Under the pieces are notes generated by a model. It was given only the letters and a program-made list of their open reading frames with translations, searched no databases and was not told where the DNA came from. A program made the position numbers and the translations under genes. DNA of 64,000 nt from NCBI GenBank assembly GCA_905178155.1, contig CAJINV010000003.1:4499863-4563862 (forward strand), written 5' to 3'. Positions 35,601 through 45,641 of this stretch are shown one piece after another. Positions within the stretch are counted from its first letter, which is position 1. Every line of letters begins with the position of its first letter. The stretch is from Amoebophrya sp. A120 (Eukaryota > Protista > Dinoflagellata).

Positions 35601-36741
35601 TTTGCTGGATGACACGCCGAGCTGCAGTTTCAATCTGCCGCCGCAATGCGGAAACGTTTAGTGGTCCTGTATCTTCTCCCGCTGCACGCTGAGCACCTGG
35701 CAGTTTGTCCGAAAATCGGGTATGTCGCAGCGCCTCTCTCATTTCCCCCACTGCAGCTTGAGCAATCACATGCGAGGCATTGCATGGACGGAGAGACGTA
35801 AGAAACTTATTGTAGTTAGCTTTGTTCTCTTCTTCGATCTCGAAAAAACTGCACTCGACCAAAAAACGCGCGGCTTCCGAAGGCTTTTTCTTCGAAAGCA
35901 CCGCGACGAAAGCGACGATGTCGCCCGGCAAACCCACGCCCGGAATGCGAGACGTCGCTAGGTCCTCTACCAATGAATTGGCGCAAGCTGGCGCCGCGTC
36001 GACGAGTTCCTGTAGTGAAGAGGTCGATGCGGAAAACGCGCTTCCGCCGAGGAGACCTGGACTATCTCCCGTGCCTTCCAGTGCTACTGGCGCTGGGGTA
36101 CGATCGTGCACTAGCGAGCACTTGGTACACTGAAACCCAGCCACGTTCTTCTGCGTCTCGTGCAGCTTTTTGCAAACTTCCGACTTCGGTCGTCGGCCGC
36201 CCCCCTCCTCGCACACGCGGTCCCAGAGCGTGTGTTTAAAGCGGTCGTCGTAGTTCAAAACCCACTCGTCGAAGAGGAAGGCCTGGATTTGCACCAGCAG
36301 CGCCTGCATACTGTAGGCCGGCGACCAGCCCATGGAGGAAGCAGAAGTTTTGCCGACGCCGCGGGTAGTAGCTCGCTTGTCCATGGTGCCTTGTCCCATG
36401 AACCAGTCGAAGTTTTTCAATAAATCGGTGCAGAGGAAGTTCCGCGCATTGCCGTGGTGAGGTACGATGTTGGAGTGCGGGATGTAGGAAGAAAGGTTCA
36501 CCGTCGGAGGTTCTTCCGGGTAGCGCTCCGAGAAGGTGAGCACCAAGTGCAGGTTTTTCAGCCCGTAATAATTCCCTGAGGTCGGTGAAAGTGTCACGTG
36601 CCACTCGAAAGGACTATGCTCATCGTCAATGACTTCCACGCGGATCCCGGTTTCTTTTTGAAAATCTCTGTCAATGGCTCGGAATTCCCGCCAAATCCGG
36701 GCGATCGCGGCCAAACGGCGGGTGCTGGTGCTAGTGGACAT
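32683..36741 (-). CDS. Large protein with N-terminal ubiquitin-conjugating (E2/UBC) domain, internal F-box-like motif and uncharacterised C-terminal domain
   Basis: Intronless ORF; FEWHVTL..YYGL..HLVLTFSERYPEEPPTV..IPHSNI…FLCTDLL…WSPAYSMQALLVQIQAFL; LELFPEIVAEVLLPFFTHTDLHVLLDVSQDWRKL. Confidence 0.85.
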   Translation of the reverse strand: MSTSTSTRRLAAIARIWREFRAIDRDFQKETGIRVEVIDDEHSPFEWHVTLSPTSGNYYGLKNLHLVLTFSERYPEEPPTVNLSSYIPHSNIVPHHGNARNFLCTDLLKNFDWFMGQGTMDKRATTRGVGKTSASSMGWSPAYSMQALLVQIQAFLFDEWVLNYDDRFKHTLWDRVCEEGGGRRPKSEVCKKLHETQKNVAGFQCTKCSLVHDRTPAPVALEGTGDSPGLLGGSAFSASTSSLQELVDAAPACANSLVEDLATSRIPGVGLPGDIVAFVAVLSKKKPSEAARFLVECSFFEIEEENKANYNKFLTSLRPCNASHVIAQAAVGEMREALRHTRFSDKLPGAQRAAGEDTGPLNVSALRRQIETAARRVIQQIVARHRFADGTVTNATTIAPGRAAHPAMHRTRHAFFLEKEVMLRLSLPLWSTCKFDVVFRPAAASFSFPVLQAAGNEIGAEAVDSLTLLPHAKAATVTPVPADADMKLICALEPLAFQPLGRQAYQRQLSSFPMRELRCSNEYALSTSRALNHDSHDRIYSEPPWERALPEKPNLSYEESSLLRREREALFVEEWEAERNKKLELRFEERCKSRQLISAVGYDNGADLGSRAGITGNPISKSVNTKVILPRDEKNLRNAGPAQLDAQELFRPNRAISENVRYLETVSSEPKATLRTRKADPDAGDVAEFLELFPEIVAEVLLPFFTHTDLHVLLDVSQDWRKLSDERLTLFFERPQFLKCFYTKKMYEEDARRGHATRVPVSGLAPDHALFSRTSPRPSPVPLEDLLGVGLQLNATGHGDTQQFCCIYDLLSHKAFHDLRVRKAPLGEAIDFWLPVALDRRHFDSAMGFLEGCLLELYQLRKRTTTTSSRFGAAGILGAKSYGRDLAEPEATGGGTRLRSALAPSDEAEKDKSPSSNRFHLLLDTSTSDSESNLQGDCEMAEKFFSGTEDHSDADEIRSHDFADSAGSGAEGEDDANDLGTNWVEVRHNGSATKQPRFLAISSVSEKLIVKQQSSSRKAKSPRFEQLHYDSKAQEQLCHGVKLTKQVEQCFVKSVLYTYLKLMNGQLVHLMKGDVFASEKALAGYLGFHHSFLLLCEEKPMLRRQIDVILKNFIQHEDFRSKANVPDLGEFLCLLSVSNSFDWHDVVLPLFEESAARAIKWVFDEHKQWTLRRWEQSYDLDTRLKHLFQHTVVGRRLLMFHYWFLTKVARKPHVHEEVSSNGGEAATNKIKTVCTAASCALHAYERTKGVPAPSLVAELRQQVKELTSNTAVSSWETFFQRIGIEFVAEAGVRTTAAGDNNFSHATKLLDRFYKKAAERSERLEYHFSNAAKGMSRKGRGKPGNERRKGGLS

Positions 36742-37273
36742 GGTGCGGGATTTCTGAAAAGAACAAAGCAACGCGATATTTCAGTTTGTGGATTTGGGCT
36801 ACGAAAAGATAAAGAAGCGTTATAAATCTTTCTATTACAAGGAAGCCCTCGTCACTTTCTGCGCGATAATAAGCGAATTCTAGCCGAGACTTTTACCATC
36901 GGACTTTAATTTGACCTGATCCTTGTTTACTGGAAGAGTATAGATTCAAAGCGGTCTTCAGAAACCGAAATGTGAAGAAGGTCGTTAGTTCCACACTTCT
37001 TTTCTTGCCTGATCGCTATCGGTCTGAATGCTACAAAACACTACAGCAACGACATTTTTCCATACATAAATGGCCAACATTCGGATCGCTTCCATCCAAT
37101 GGGGTGTCTGATCTTTCAGCGATGTTCGGATCATGTTCGATCTCAAACTGCGTGTGGCGAGTAGCGCCAAACTTCACATTTGTCCTACCTTGTGCGAAGC
37201 CTCGGCGCCGCTTGCACCAAGCCGACGCTCCTCGCGTGACGTTCATGGAAGCATGCACCCGCAAGGAGGACCG

Positions 37274-37530
37274 TTTGCATGCGGCTTTCTTTCGAACACG
37301 AACTCCAGGGAATAAAGTAAACAAAAAATTTAAGCTAGGGAATTAGTTCCTCCGTCTTCTTGATCGGCTAAGAAGTGCAACCGACACGATATCATGCATG
37401 AAGTGCTTCTGGCACGGGAATCAAGGTTCGTAATTCTGTATGCCTGAGTGCGACAGCCTCTTTTATGGATATTGACTCTTCACCACCGCGAAGACCACAA
37501 TCATACTGAGATCGTAGGATTTCTTCGAAA
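37274..37530. repeat. Dispersed diverged direct repeat, copy 2
   Basis: Identical 21-mer at 37354-37374 and further colinear blocks with 32242-32474. Confidence 0.85.
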
Positions 37531-38429
37531 CGCACGCGCAGGTGTGATCCCAGGCGAGCAGCCGCGCGAAAGGCTCCGGCGCGACGCACCATGATCTCGG
37601 GTGACTTGGAGAAGATATCCCAACAAGCGGGGCGGTTATGAAACAGAACGGCTCCCGAAGCGGAAAGAGCAGGCACCGCACTGCTCCGCAACGGAATCGC
37701 GATGCACGGTCCGCGCTGTTCCTTGTGCCTAGCGTCGGCAGAACGATTCGGCGTGGCTTAATAGATGCGATCTCCAAACTACAAGGCATGGGGATAACTT
37801 GCTCACCCCGTCGGCAATTTCTTGGCAACCCGCGCGCCCCGAAGGCGTTTCCTTGGCCACATGCTCCTCGCTGCGATGTTTAACCAGTCCCGCGCCCCGA
37901 TTGCGATTCTTTCCTAATCACGGGCCGGCGGGGGCGCTACTACAAAGGCCCATAGGCCCGGACATGGCCTTCCGCACGCCAGGGTAGCTTTTTTCGGTCG
38001 TCAGCGCGCCAAAACGGTGGGGATATGGACGCCCGCGCGTCCAGACGATGACGGTACGACCGCACGCGCCTCCCGATGGCAACTACAGGGCTGTATGTGC
38101 ACATTGAGCACATCTGTAGGGATCTGTGTCTCTCCCGTCCAGCATTACAGGGCCATCTGCGCGCAGGACGGACATTCTAGACCCCCGCACTTGCAAGAAA
38201 GGTGATTTAAGCAGTTTTGCAGCCTTCTTGGGATCCCACTCCAAGATGCTCATCTACATGAGACCTCTTTTGACACTGAGCCATACAAATCGACACACCT
38301 GGCTTGTGTTCAAAGGTCAGAAAGAATATCTTACAAAGAAACGCGGGCGAATACACAGTAAAATCAGAATCATACCACAGCTCCTACGGCAAATCTCCAG
38401 TAAAATTGTCACGCACTAGCCATTTTTTT

Positions 38430-39905
38430 TTTGATTTTTGCCCCAGTTGGCCACTAACGTGCAACATTTTCTCCGACTTGGCCAGTACTTTGCGAGATTT
38501 TACCACAGCTGGCGACTAACTTGTAAGATTTTGCCCGGGCTGGGAAGTAACTAGTAGAATTCTCCCTCGATTAGCTGCTAACTTGGAAAATTTTGATGAT
38601 GTTGGCCGCTAAGGTGCGAGATTTTACCCCAGTCGGCCGCTAACTTCGAAGATTTTGCCTCAAGTGGCCCTTAATTTGCAAAATTGCATGTGGATTGGCC
38701 GGCAACTGAGAAGATTTTGTCATAGGTGGTCGGTAAGTGCGGCAATTTTGCCTAAATGGGCTGCCCACTTTTAATATTTTGACGTGGTAGGTAGCCAATT
38801 TGTAAGATTTTACCAAGATAGCAGGCGAGGAGCGAGATCGTGGATTTATTCCACTTTGAACGTGCGTAAGAGTGGAAGACACATGCTGCACGCGTGCGCG
38901 TGCCTGTATGTGTATGCATTGGGTAGCAGGACCTAGATCGGATCACGACCACGGTGTCACGATTCGTATTTGTTTTTACCAATCAGCAAAGCCAGAAAGA
39001 GAGTGAGAACAGATACCACATACAAAAGGAGAATAAATTGGGTGGCTAACTTACAAGACTTGCACAATTTTGCCCCATTTAGATGCTAATTTGCACAATT
39101 TTCCCGAAATGGGCTGCCAACTTGCAAGATTTTATCCAAATGGGCTCCAAACTTGGAAAATTTTCTCCAAATGCGCTACGAACTTGCAACATTTTATCCC
39201 AGTGGGCTAGTATTTTGTGCAGATGCGTGAGCCTACCGAATGCGGCCGGTTTTACTACCCTTCAGGGCGCAGGAAGCGGGAGCGATGTCGCACCTTGCAG
39301 CGCACGCCGTGCACGCTTTTGAAATAGGCGGGTGCCCACGAGGCAACCCCCGGTTGCTATTGCTAGCGACCAGGGCCGCAGGGAGCTTCACTGCACTTTT
39401 TTGGTGCGGTGGCTTTTCGTGGAGCTTATCGTCCACGCCCACTGCAGATACACAGATCGCGGCTGCACTGCGGCAGCCGTGTATCGATCCCTGTGAGGAG
39501 GATCGACCTAGATCTGTGGTCCGGCGCTCAGTCTGCGTTCCTGAGCCCCGGCGCGACCTTGTGGTGCCACTGCGGGCACAGGTCGCCCTGCTAGGCCGCT
39601 GCGAGGCCTCGTTCTTGTCCCCGTGCGGGGGGAGTGGCGCTCGTGTGCCACTCTGTGGGGGTCCTCTACGCCCTGTGCGAGGCGTGACCCCCGGCGCGTT
39701 GCTCGCGGAGGACCTGCGGATCCTGTTGGCGTCTCGGCGCAGCTTTCGAGGCAGGTCGGTCGCGTTCGAGGCAGGTTGGCAGCTTTCGAGGCAGGAAACT
39801 TGCAAAATTTTCTCCAAATGGACTACCAACTTGCAACATTTTATCCCAATGGGCTACTATTTTGCAAGATTTTCCGCAAATGGGCTGCCAACTTGTCAGA
39901 TTTTT
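38430..39905. repeat. Degenerate 31-bp satellite in three blocks (~38430-38820, ~39040-39215, ~39775-39905)
   Basis: Consensus about AACTTGCAAGATTTTNCCCAAATGGGCTNCY; AACT anchors at 38518, 38549, 38580, 38642 give period 31. Confidence 0.85.
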
Positions 39906-39920
39906 TGGCATCTGCTGCCC

Positions 39921-40056
39921 ACGCCCGGCCTCCGCTGCCCGGGCCCGGCCTCCGCTGCCCGCGCCCGGCCTCCGCTGCCCGCGCCCGGCCTCCGCTGCCC
40001 GAGCCCGGCCTCCGCTGCCCGCTCCCGGCCTCCGCTACCCGCGCCCGGCCTCCGCT
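39921..40056. repeat. 20-bp tandem repeat GCGCCCGGCCTCCGCTGCCC x~7
   Basis: Near-perfect units directly visible. Confidence 0.95.
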
Positions 40057-40057
40057 A

Positions 40058-40190
40058 AGTGCCAAGTATATTGCGCAGCGCATTGCGGGCGGGCTACAAC
40101 GACTGGACTCGCAGAGTGCTCAGTATATTGCGCAGTGCATTGCGGGCGGGCTGCAACGACTGGGCTCGCAGAGTGTTCAGTATACTGCGC
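40058..40190. repeat. 57-bp tandem repeat x~2.3
   Basis: AGTGCYMAGTATATTGCGCAGYGCATTGCGGGCGGGCTRCAACGACTGGRCTCGCAG repeated. Confidence 0.9.
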
Positions 40191-40447
40191 CATACATCGG
40201 GGGAGGGAAGGGAGGGAAGGAAAAACAGAAAGACACAGAGGGTGACTGAGAACGCCCGGGGGAAAGAAGAGTGCGGCCAATAGTGGTAGCCGTCGTGGTT
40301 TCGCCATCGCTCTTCGGACCGCAACTTCCCCGGCCAGATTGCCCAGAAATCGCCACCACCCGCCTCTAGTAGTAGTCGTTTCCGAAATCTGATCATCAAA
40401 GCATTCGTCGCGTTCCTACTGACTTTTGCGTACTTGATCAAAGTGCT

Positions 40448-40600
40448 CGCGCTTTTTGCGTTTTTCGTGCCTGCGTTCTCGTCGATGCTTTCTCATTAAT
40501 GCGTTTTCGTGCGTCCGTTTTTGTCGATGCGTCCGTTTTTGTCGATGCGTCCTCGTCAATGCGTTTTCGTGCATGCGTTTTCGTACAAATCGTAGTCGTG
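40448..40600. repeat. Short degenerate repeats (GCGTTTTCGT / GCGTCCGTTTTTGTCGAT)
   Basis: Repeated motifs, including an 18-bp unit in tandem at ~40511-40552. Confidence 0.75.
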
Positions 40601-40966
40601 CGCGTCTCATGGAACAGAAGCTCGCGGTTTGCAACAGCGTTGCTTCGTCGAAAGGCCTTTCAGAACATTCCACCAGCGTCATACGACATTAATGTTATCG
40701 CCCCCCGCCCGGAAAATCCACAAGCACCAGTCCCTGAGTAGCACGACCCCTTCCCTGCAGGGAGTGCGCGACGCATTTTCTAGTCGAGAATAGTGGCTCT
40801 CCATTTCTACTACTTTATTTCTTTATTTCTGTGCAACCAATGCGTAGGCTGATTCGCAAGAAATGTCGTGCGTGGGTGTCCGCTTAAGGCACCGGGGAAG
40901 TAACCGTCTTTAGGCAGGTACTCTCAAGTCAGTTTCTTCGCGGCTCTACGGCACCGTGGTCTCAGA

Positions 40967-41698
40967 ATGTCCGAAACGTCGACACCAGCGCCAGCAACCG
41001 CACCTCCGGCCCCGGGCCCCGAATCTACTACCCCGGCTCCGAGTCCGGGAGCGAATTCTCCGGTACCGGGGCCGAGCCCTCCGGTTCCGGCACCCGGACC
41101 AGTCGCCACCCCCGTCCCTGCCGTGCCGGAGGAAGCATGCGACACAAGCGTTCTGCTCGCCGCGATATTGATTCCCGCCCTGCTGATAGGCGCGTTGTTT
41201 TGTTATTTCTTCTACAAACACTACGCGATGAAGCAGAAAGCACGTCGTGATGAAGAGAATTGGGAGGAGGACTATTGGGAGGAGGACGTGCCCGCGGTGC
41301 CGCCAGACAAGTGGGAACTGCACGGCCTGAACAAGGATCCCACGGGCTACTACCAGAAGACCGGCGACGAAGTGCTGGACTCCATCGGCGCGAAGCACGC
41401 CCGCCACGGCCGCCCGGTGCGGCCGGTGGTGCAGTCGTACTATCGCGACGACGTGCCTTACCACACCACCCAGCCTCTCCGTCCAAGCGCCGCCGGGGCA
41501 GACTATTACGATTGGGAGATGCAGCAGAATCAGAAGGACAAGCATTCCGGAAAGGGCGGTGGCAAGGGCAAGGACAACGCAAAGAAAGGCGGCGCACCCG
41601 AATCCGATGACGAAGCAGAAGAGGCACCGCAACAGACTTGGTGGCAGTGGCTTATAGGGGAAAAGACCGAAGAGCAGGCTTTTATGGATACCTTGTAG
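40967..41698 (+). CDS. Single-pass membrane protein with Pro-rich N-terminus (243 aa)
   Basis: ATG-initiated ORF, GC3-rich codons, TM VLLAAILIPALLIGALFCYFFY followed by a basic then acidic tail. Confidence 0.75.
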   Translation: MSETSTPAPATAPPAPGPESTTPAPSPGANSPVPGPSPPVPAPGPVATPVPAVPEEACDTSVLLAAILIPALLIGALFCYFFYKHYAMKQKARRDEENWEEDYWEEDVPAVPPDKWELHGLNKDPTGYYQKTGDEVLDSIGAKHARHGRPVRPVVQSYYRDDVPYHTTQPLRPSAAGADYYDWEMQQNQKDKHSGKGGGKGKDNAKKGGAPESDDEAEEAPQQTWWQWLIGEKTEEQAFMDTL

Positions 41699-42213
41699 TG
41701 TCAAAGGAAACGTGCGCGGAACTTCGGAAGAAAAAAGACGCGGTCCCGGCGCATATGCACAAAAGAGCACACGTCAGCACAATTTTTTTACAGTAAATAT
41801 GTTCGCTTGGACAAAAATATAATTGCGGCAACCGGATTTGGAATAGGTGCGGGGATTGTGCGTGAGCTACTTCGTCATCGTGTGTTCCAAGGCTTTCTGA
41901 TGAATCTGGATGATGAAAACCTCATACGAGAGCAGCGGCGAACGCAAAGAACTTAAGTAATGAAATATACCGCTCTTCGCCTTGAGTGCAAAGCGTGCCA
42001 CTGATGCATACAGTATTGCTGCAGGGATCTGCGAGAACGCATCTCATTTATATACGCACGTGCTTTTCAATGTTACTACTTTTCTTCGTCTTTTCTTCAG
42101 TCTGATAGGTCAACACTGCTAGCTAGCTCGGTATAACTTCCTGTTTCCTCTGTGATGAGCAGTCGCCGGTGCGTTTAGTTCTTCAACACCCCAAACCCTT
42201 TTTTACTGGGTAA

Positions 42214-42240
42214 CATCATCATCATCATCATCATCATCAT
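42214..42240. repeat. (CAT)9 microsatellite
   Basis: Directly visible. Confidence 0.95.
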
Positions 42241-42561
42241 GCTTTCGTGCGTCCTCCAATGTCTGTGCCGGTTCCTCTGCGCTTCTGGTACACAGCACAC
42301 TTCCGAGTAATCATACCCTTGCTGTCACTTGTAAAAAAATAGCCGAATAGAAATTTGTAAACCGGGTCCATGATCCAGCAACCTTGTTTCTGGCAGAATG
42401 TATTAGGGTATGTCCTCACTTGGAAGGTGATCGCGACAAGAGAACATTCCCCAGAACATCACGCTTTTTCGGTTTCGAGGTAGACTTGGAGCTTCCCCGT
42501 TCTGCTTACTATTTTTCGTTGCAAGAATAAACTGTTTAATATCAGCTAGTGCAAATACACA

Positions 42562-45111
42562 ATGTGGACTGGATGTGGAAACACGTCGGATTCGGCGTGT
42601 CGCAGCCGGCGCCAGTTGGTTGCCGTCCTGCTGGCCGTCGGAATATCGTGCAGCTCCGCGTTTACGGCAGTTCCCGTCGCATCCTCCTCGTCCGTCGACC
42701 AGAAGAGGTTTCTGCAGTCTGCGGACGAAACCACAACCAACAGCACAATCACGAACAGCGTTGCACAATCCCCCGTCGTGGGCAGCAGCCGCGTGTCCGT
42801 GTTTGACGCGAAACAGCTCCCGCAGTACGCCTGCTACAAGGTGCCGTACCTGTTCCACACCCGGAGCGGGCACCTGCTCGCCTTCGCGGAAGCACGCGGC
42901 CCGGTGGGGAACCCGCGGTCGCTCGGCAACTGCATGGACTGGGACGTGACGGACGTGGTGATGCGGCGCTCGACCGACCAGGGCGAAACCTGGGGCCCGC
43001 TGGTCACGCTGCTCGAAGGACTCCGCGACTGGCACCAGGTGGTGGGCAATCTCGCGCCGGTGCAAGACCTGCGCACGGGCCAGCTGCTGCTGCCGTTCTG
43101 CCGGGGGAATGTGGAAATGTGGATCACGCGGTCGTACGACGAGGGGCTCAGTTGGACCGAGCCGACGCGCCTGGAGCCGCTGGTCGCGCGGGATCACGCC
43201 GCGCCGAACTTCTTTTGGTGGACCTGGGTGGGTTTCGGGCCGCCGAGCGGGCTTCAGCTGCAGCACAATTCGAAGTTCGCGCACCGCATTTTGCTGCCGG
43301 GGTATTTTAGCGACAGTCCGATTTTCGACCTGACCGGCGTGCACTTCAGTCGTGCGTTCGTGCTGTACTCCGACGACAACGGAGCCTCCTTCCAGCTGTC
43401 TGTCGTGCCAAATGGCGTTTTCGGTCTGCTGCTGGGCAAAGCGGGCAACGAGTGCGAAGCGACCGAGCTGGCGGACGGTCGGGTGCTGCTTTCGGTGCGC
43501 ACGGTCTTTGCCCACCGCGCCCACGCCTACAGCTCCGACGGCGGCGCGACGTGGTCACCGCTCGAGTGGGTCCCGGCCCTGCCCAGTCCGCTGCACGGCT
43601 GCCAGGGCAGCGTGGTGTTGAACCAACCACCCGAAGCGCTGATGAACGACCAGGACCGGACCTCGCACGCGCCCGCGGAAGTTTACTACTCGGGCATCGC
43701 GAGCCGGTTGGGTCGGCACGACCTCACACTGTGGCGGAGCGCGGATGGAGGACAGGGAAAATTGTGGATCAGTAGCGCCTTACCAAAGAGCCTGAACAAG
43801 GGCCCATCGGGCTACTCGTCCCTCGTGCGCACGTTTAGTGGGGACATCGGGGTTTTGTACGAGGCCGCGGATGTTGAAAATTCGGGAACTGTTTTTGTGC
43901 CGGACCACTGCTGGTTTCAGTTGCTGTACTTACCGGACGTGCTGCCGACCAATGTCACGCGCCTGCAACAAGCGTACGGCTATCAAGTTGGAGCGGGGAC
44001 GAGCAACAGCAGCGGTAACGATTATCCGTTGCCCTCTGCACTACACTCCTCGACGCACCTGTTCCACGGCAGCGATGATCCGGCGCGACGGGCCTTGCCA
44101 GCTGCATCGTCCGCCCCATTTCTGTTCTCGGGACTATGGTGGCTGATTCTCCTCGTCGACTACGTCGTGTTGGTGTTGGGAGCCTTTGCCGTCACGCGCA
44201 CGCCCGAAAGCTGTTGCTGCTGCCTCCCGTGCTGCACCTGTGTGAGTTTATCCTGCGCACGATCGTCGAAGACGAAGCCGGACCTTGTACAGCCCGGCAT
44301 AATTGTTGCGACAGGATACGCGACCTCGAAGGAGGACACCGCGGCATGCGGCGGTGACAAAACCATGTCTGGTCCCCCGCCGCCAACTGCTGCATTCCAA
44401 ACACAAGAGCCAGAGCAGCAGCTGGATTCCAGCAGTACAAGGACTTCGTCGTCCAACGCAATCAGCTCCCCTGCCGGCGGGGCGAAAGGAGACGAGGACG
44501 AGAATCGCACCAATCGAAGACATCAGCTGCTACAAAACCATTCAAATTCTTGGTACCAATTTGGGTGCACGGTTTTGTGGAGCGTGGGTTTTACCTCTTT
44601 CTTCTCCTTCTGGTACACCGGCGTGCTGTTGAGCGTGCTCTTTTTTCACGATGACCCCGGCCGGTGGATTCAGCAAAGCGTCGGAAGCCAACTTGGGGTC
44701 TTGCTTGCGATCGTCTCATGTGTGCTTGACTTCTGTGGCTACTACAGTCTTTTCGCAGTTTGGACGGCGGAAAAACTGAAGCTCTTCACATCTACGGAAG
44801 AATCGCGTGCTGCGGAGAATAAACCAGCGCAGGCGGAAACCGTAAGTTGGCGCGAGTTTTTTCCCTTTCTTCACCACGAAATAAATACCGACACGACCAC
44901 AGCAGGCGTTGGTCAATCGAGCCGACTGCAGCAGCGGATGATCGTCATTGCCGAAATCACGGCCCTTGCGGTGCTCTGCGTTGTCTTCGCGGAGTACATG
45001 GCGGCCTTGCTGCCCTTGTACGTACTGTGCATCCTCATCCCGACCGCTTTCCACTTCTACCCTGCACGTAGCAAAACTTTTCTAGAAAAAATGCGCTCGT
45101 GCTTGAAGTGA
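42562..45111 (+). CDS. Sialidase/neuraminidase (GH33, BNR Asp-box propeller) with signal peptide and C-terminal multi-TM region
   Basis: YKVP (RIP-equivalent), AFAEAR, Asp boxes STDQGETW, SYDEGLSW, SDDNGASF, SSDGGATW; NECEATEL..GRVLLSVR; SGYSSL; ~5 hydrophobic segments downstream. Confidence 0.88.
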   Translation: MWTGCGNTSDSACRSRRQLVAVLLAVGISCSSAFTAVPVASSSSVDQKRFLQSADETTTNSTITNSVAQSPVVGSSRVSVFDAKQLPQYACYKVPYLFHTRSGHLLAFAEARGPVGNPRSLGNCMDWDVTDVVMRRSTDQGETWGPLVTLLEGLRDWHQVVGNLAPVQDLRTGQLLLPFCRGNVEMWITRSYDEGLSWTEPTRLEPLVARDHAAPNFFWWTWVGFGPPSGLQLQHNSKFAHRILLPGYFSDSPIFDLTGVHFSRAFVLYSDDNGASFQLSVVPNGVFGLLLGKAGNECEATELADGRVLLSVRTVFAHRAHAYSSDGGATWSPLEWVPALPSPLHGCQGSVVLNQPPEALMNDQDRTSHAPAEVYYSGIASRLGRHDLTLWRSADGGQGKLWISSALPKSLNKGPSGYSSLVRTFSGDIGVLYEAADVENSGTVFVPDHCWFQLLYLPDVLPTNVTRLQQAYGYQVGAGTSNSSGNDYPLPSALHSSTHLFHGSDDPARRALPAASSAPFLFSGLWWLILLVDYVVLVLGAFAVTRTPESCCCCLPCCTCVSLSCARSSKTKPDLVQPGIIVATGYATSKEDTAACGGDKTMSGPPPPTAAFQTQEPEQQLDSSSTRTSSSNAISSPAGGAKGDEDENRTNRRHQLLQNHSNSWYQFGCTVLWSVGFTSFFSFWYTGVLLSVLFFHDDPGRWIQQSVGSQLGVLLAIVSCVLDFCGYYSLFAVWTAEKLKLFTSTEESRAAENKPAQAETVSWREFFPFLHHEINTDTTTAGVGQSSRLQQRMIVIAEITALAVLCVVFAEYMAALLPLYVLCILIPTAFHFYPARSKTFLEKMRSCLK

Positions 45112-45641
45112 AAGTGGGTTTCGAACAACCATCTCATTTTTGTATGATGCTTCTTTATTCTTGTTTCACGTTAGGATCCTGTTTCTCATTGTACTTACTT
45201 TCACTAGCAACCACTCATCTTCCTAAAACTTCGTAATCCAGGAGAAGTGTATTCTCGGACAATCACAGTAACAAAAGTCAAAATCGCAATCGTCATCAGG
45301 AGGCGGTGATGGTCAACGCTAGCAAATACAGTTGTTCTCCCTCTGGGGAGAACGGAATTGCAACTTCCCACGAAAGATGTCGCGAGCAAACTTTGCACAC
45401 TTGCTGTCGCGCAGAATTTTGGCTTTCTTGTTCCGCTCAACTACAACTGTTTCCGTTTTCTGCTTTCCAAGGTTTTGCTGCTTTTCTTTGTTCTCTACGA
45501 GACGTCGCCTGCACTTGAACGGAAACATTCTCGAACAAGGGCTTGAAGTCACCGCTCGGAAGATCTGCATCGGTATAATCTTTTGCGCGATTGTCAAGAA
45601 TAAGTCGGTTGGAGAAGTAAATATTGTTGAAAATAAATCTC

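Noticed and set aside
38417-38426. TAGCCATTTT as a spliced-leader fragment
   Set aside because: Only 10 nt, runs into a T tract and is not near a gene start; expected by chance.
39233-40441. ORFs of 115-272 aa in the strand-switch region
   Set aside because: They translate through tandem repeats and have no protein-like features.
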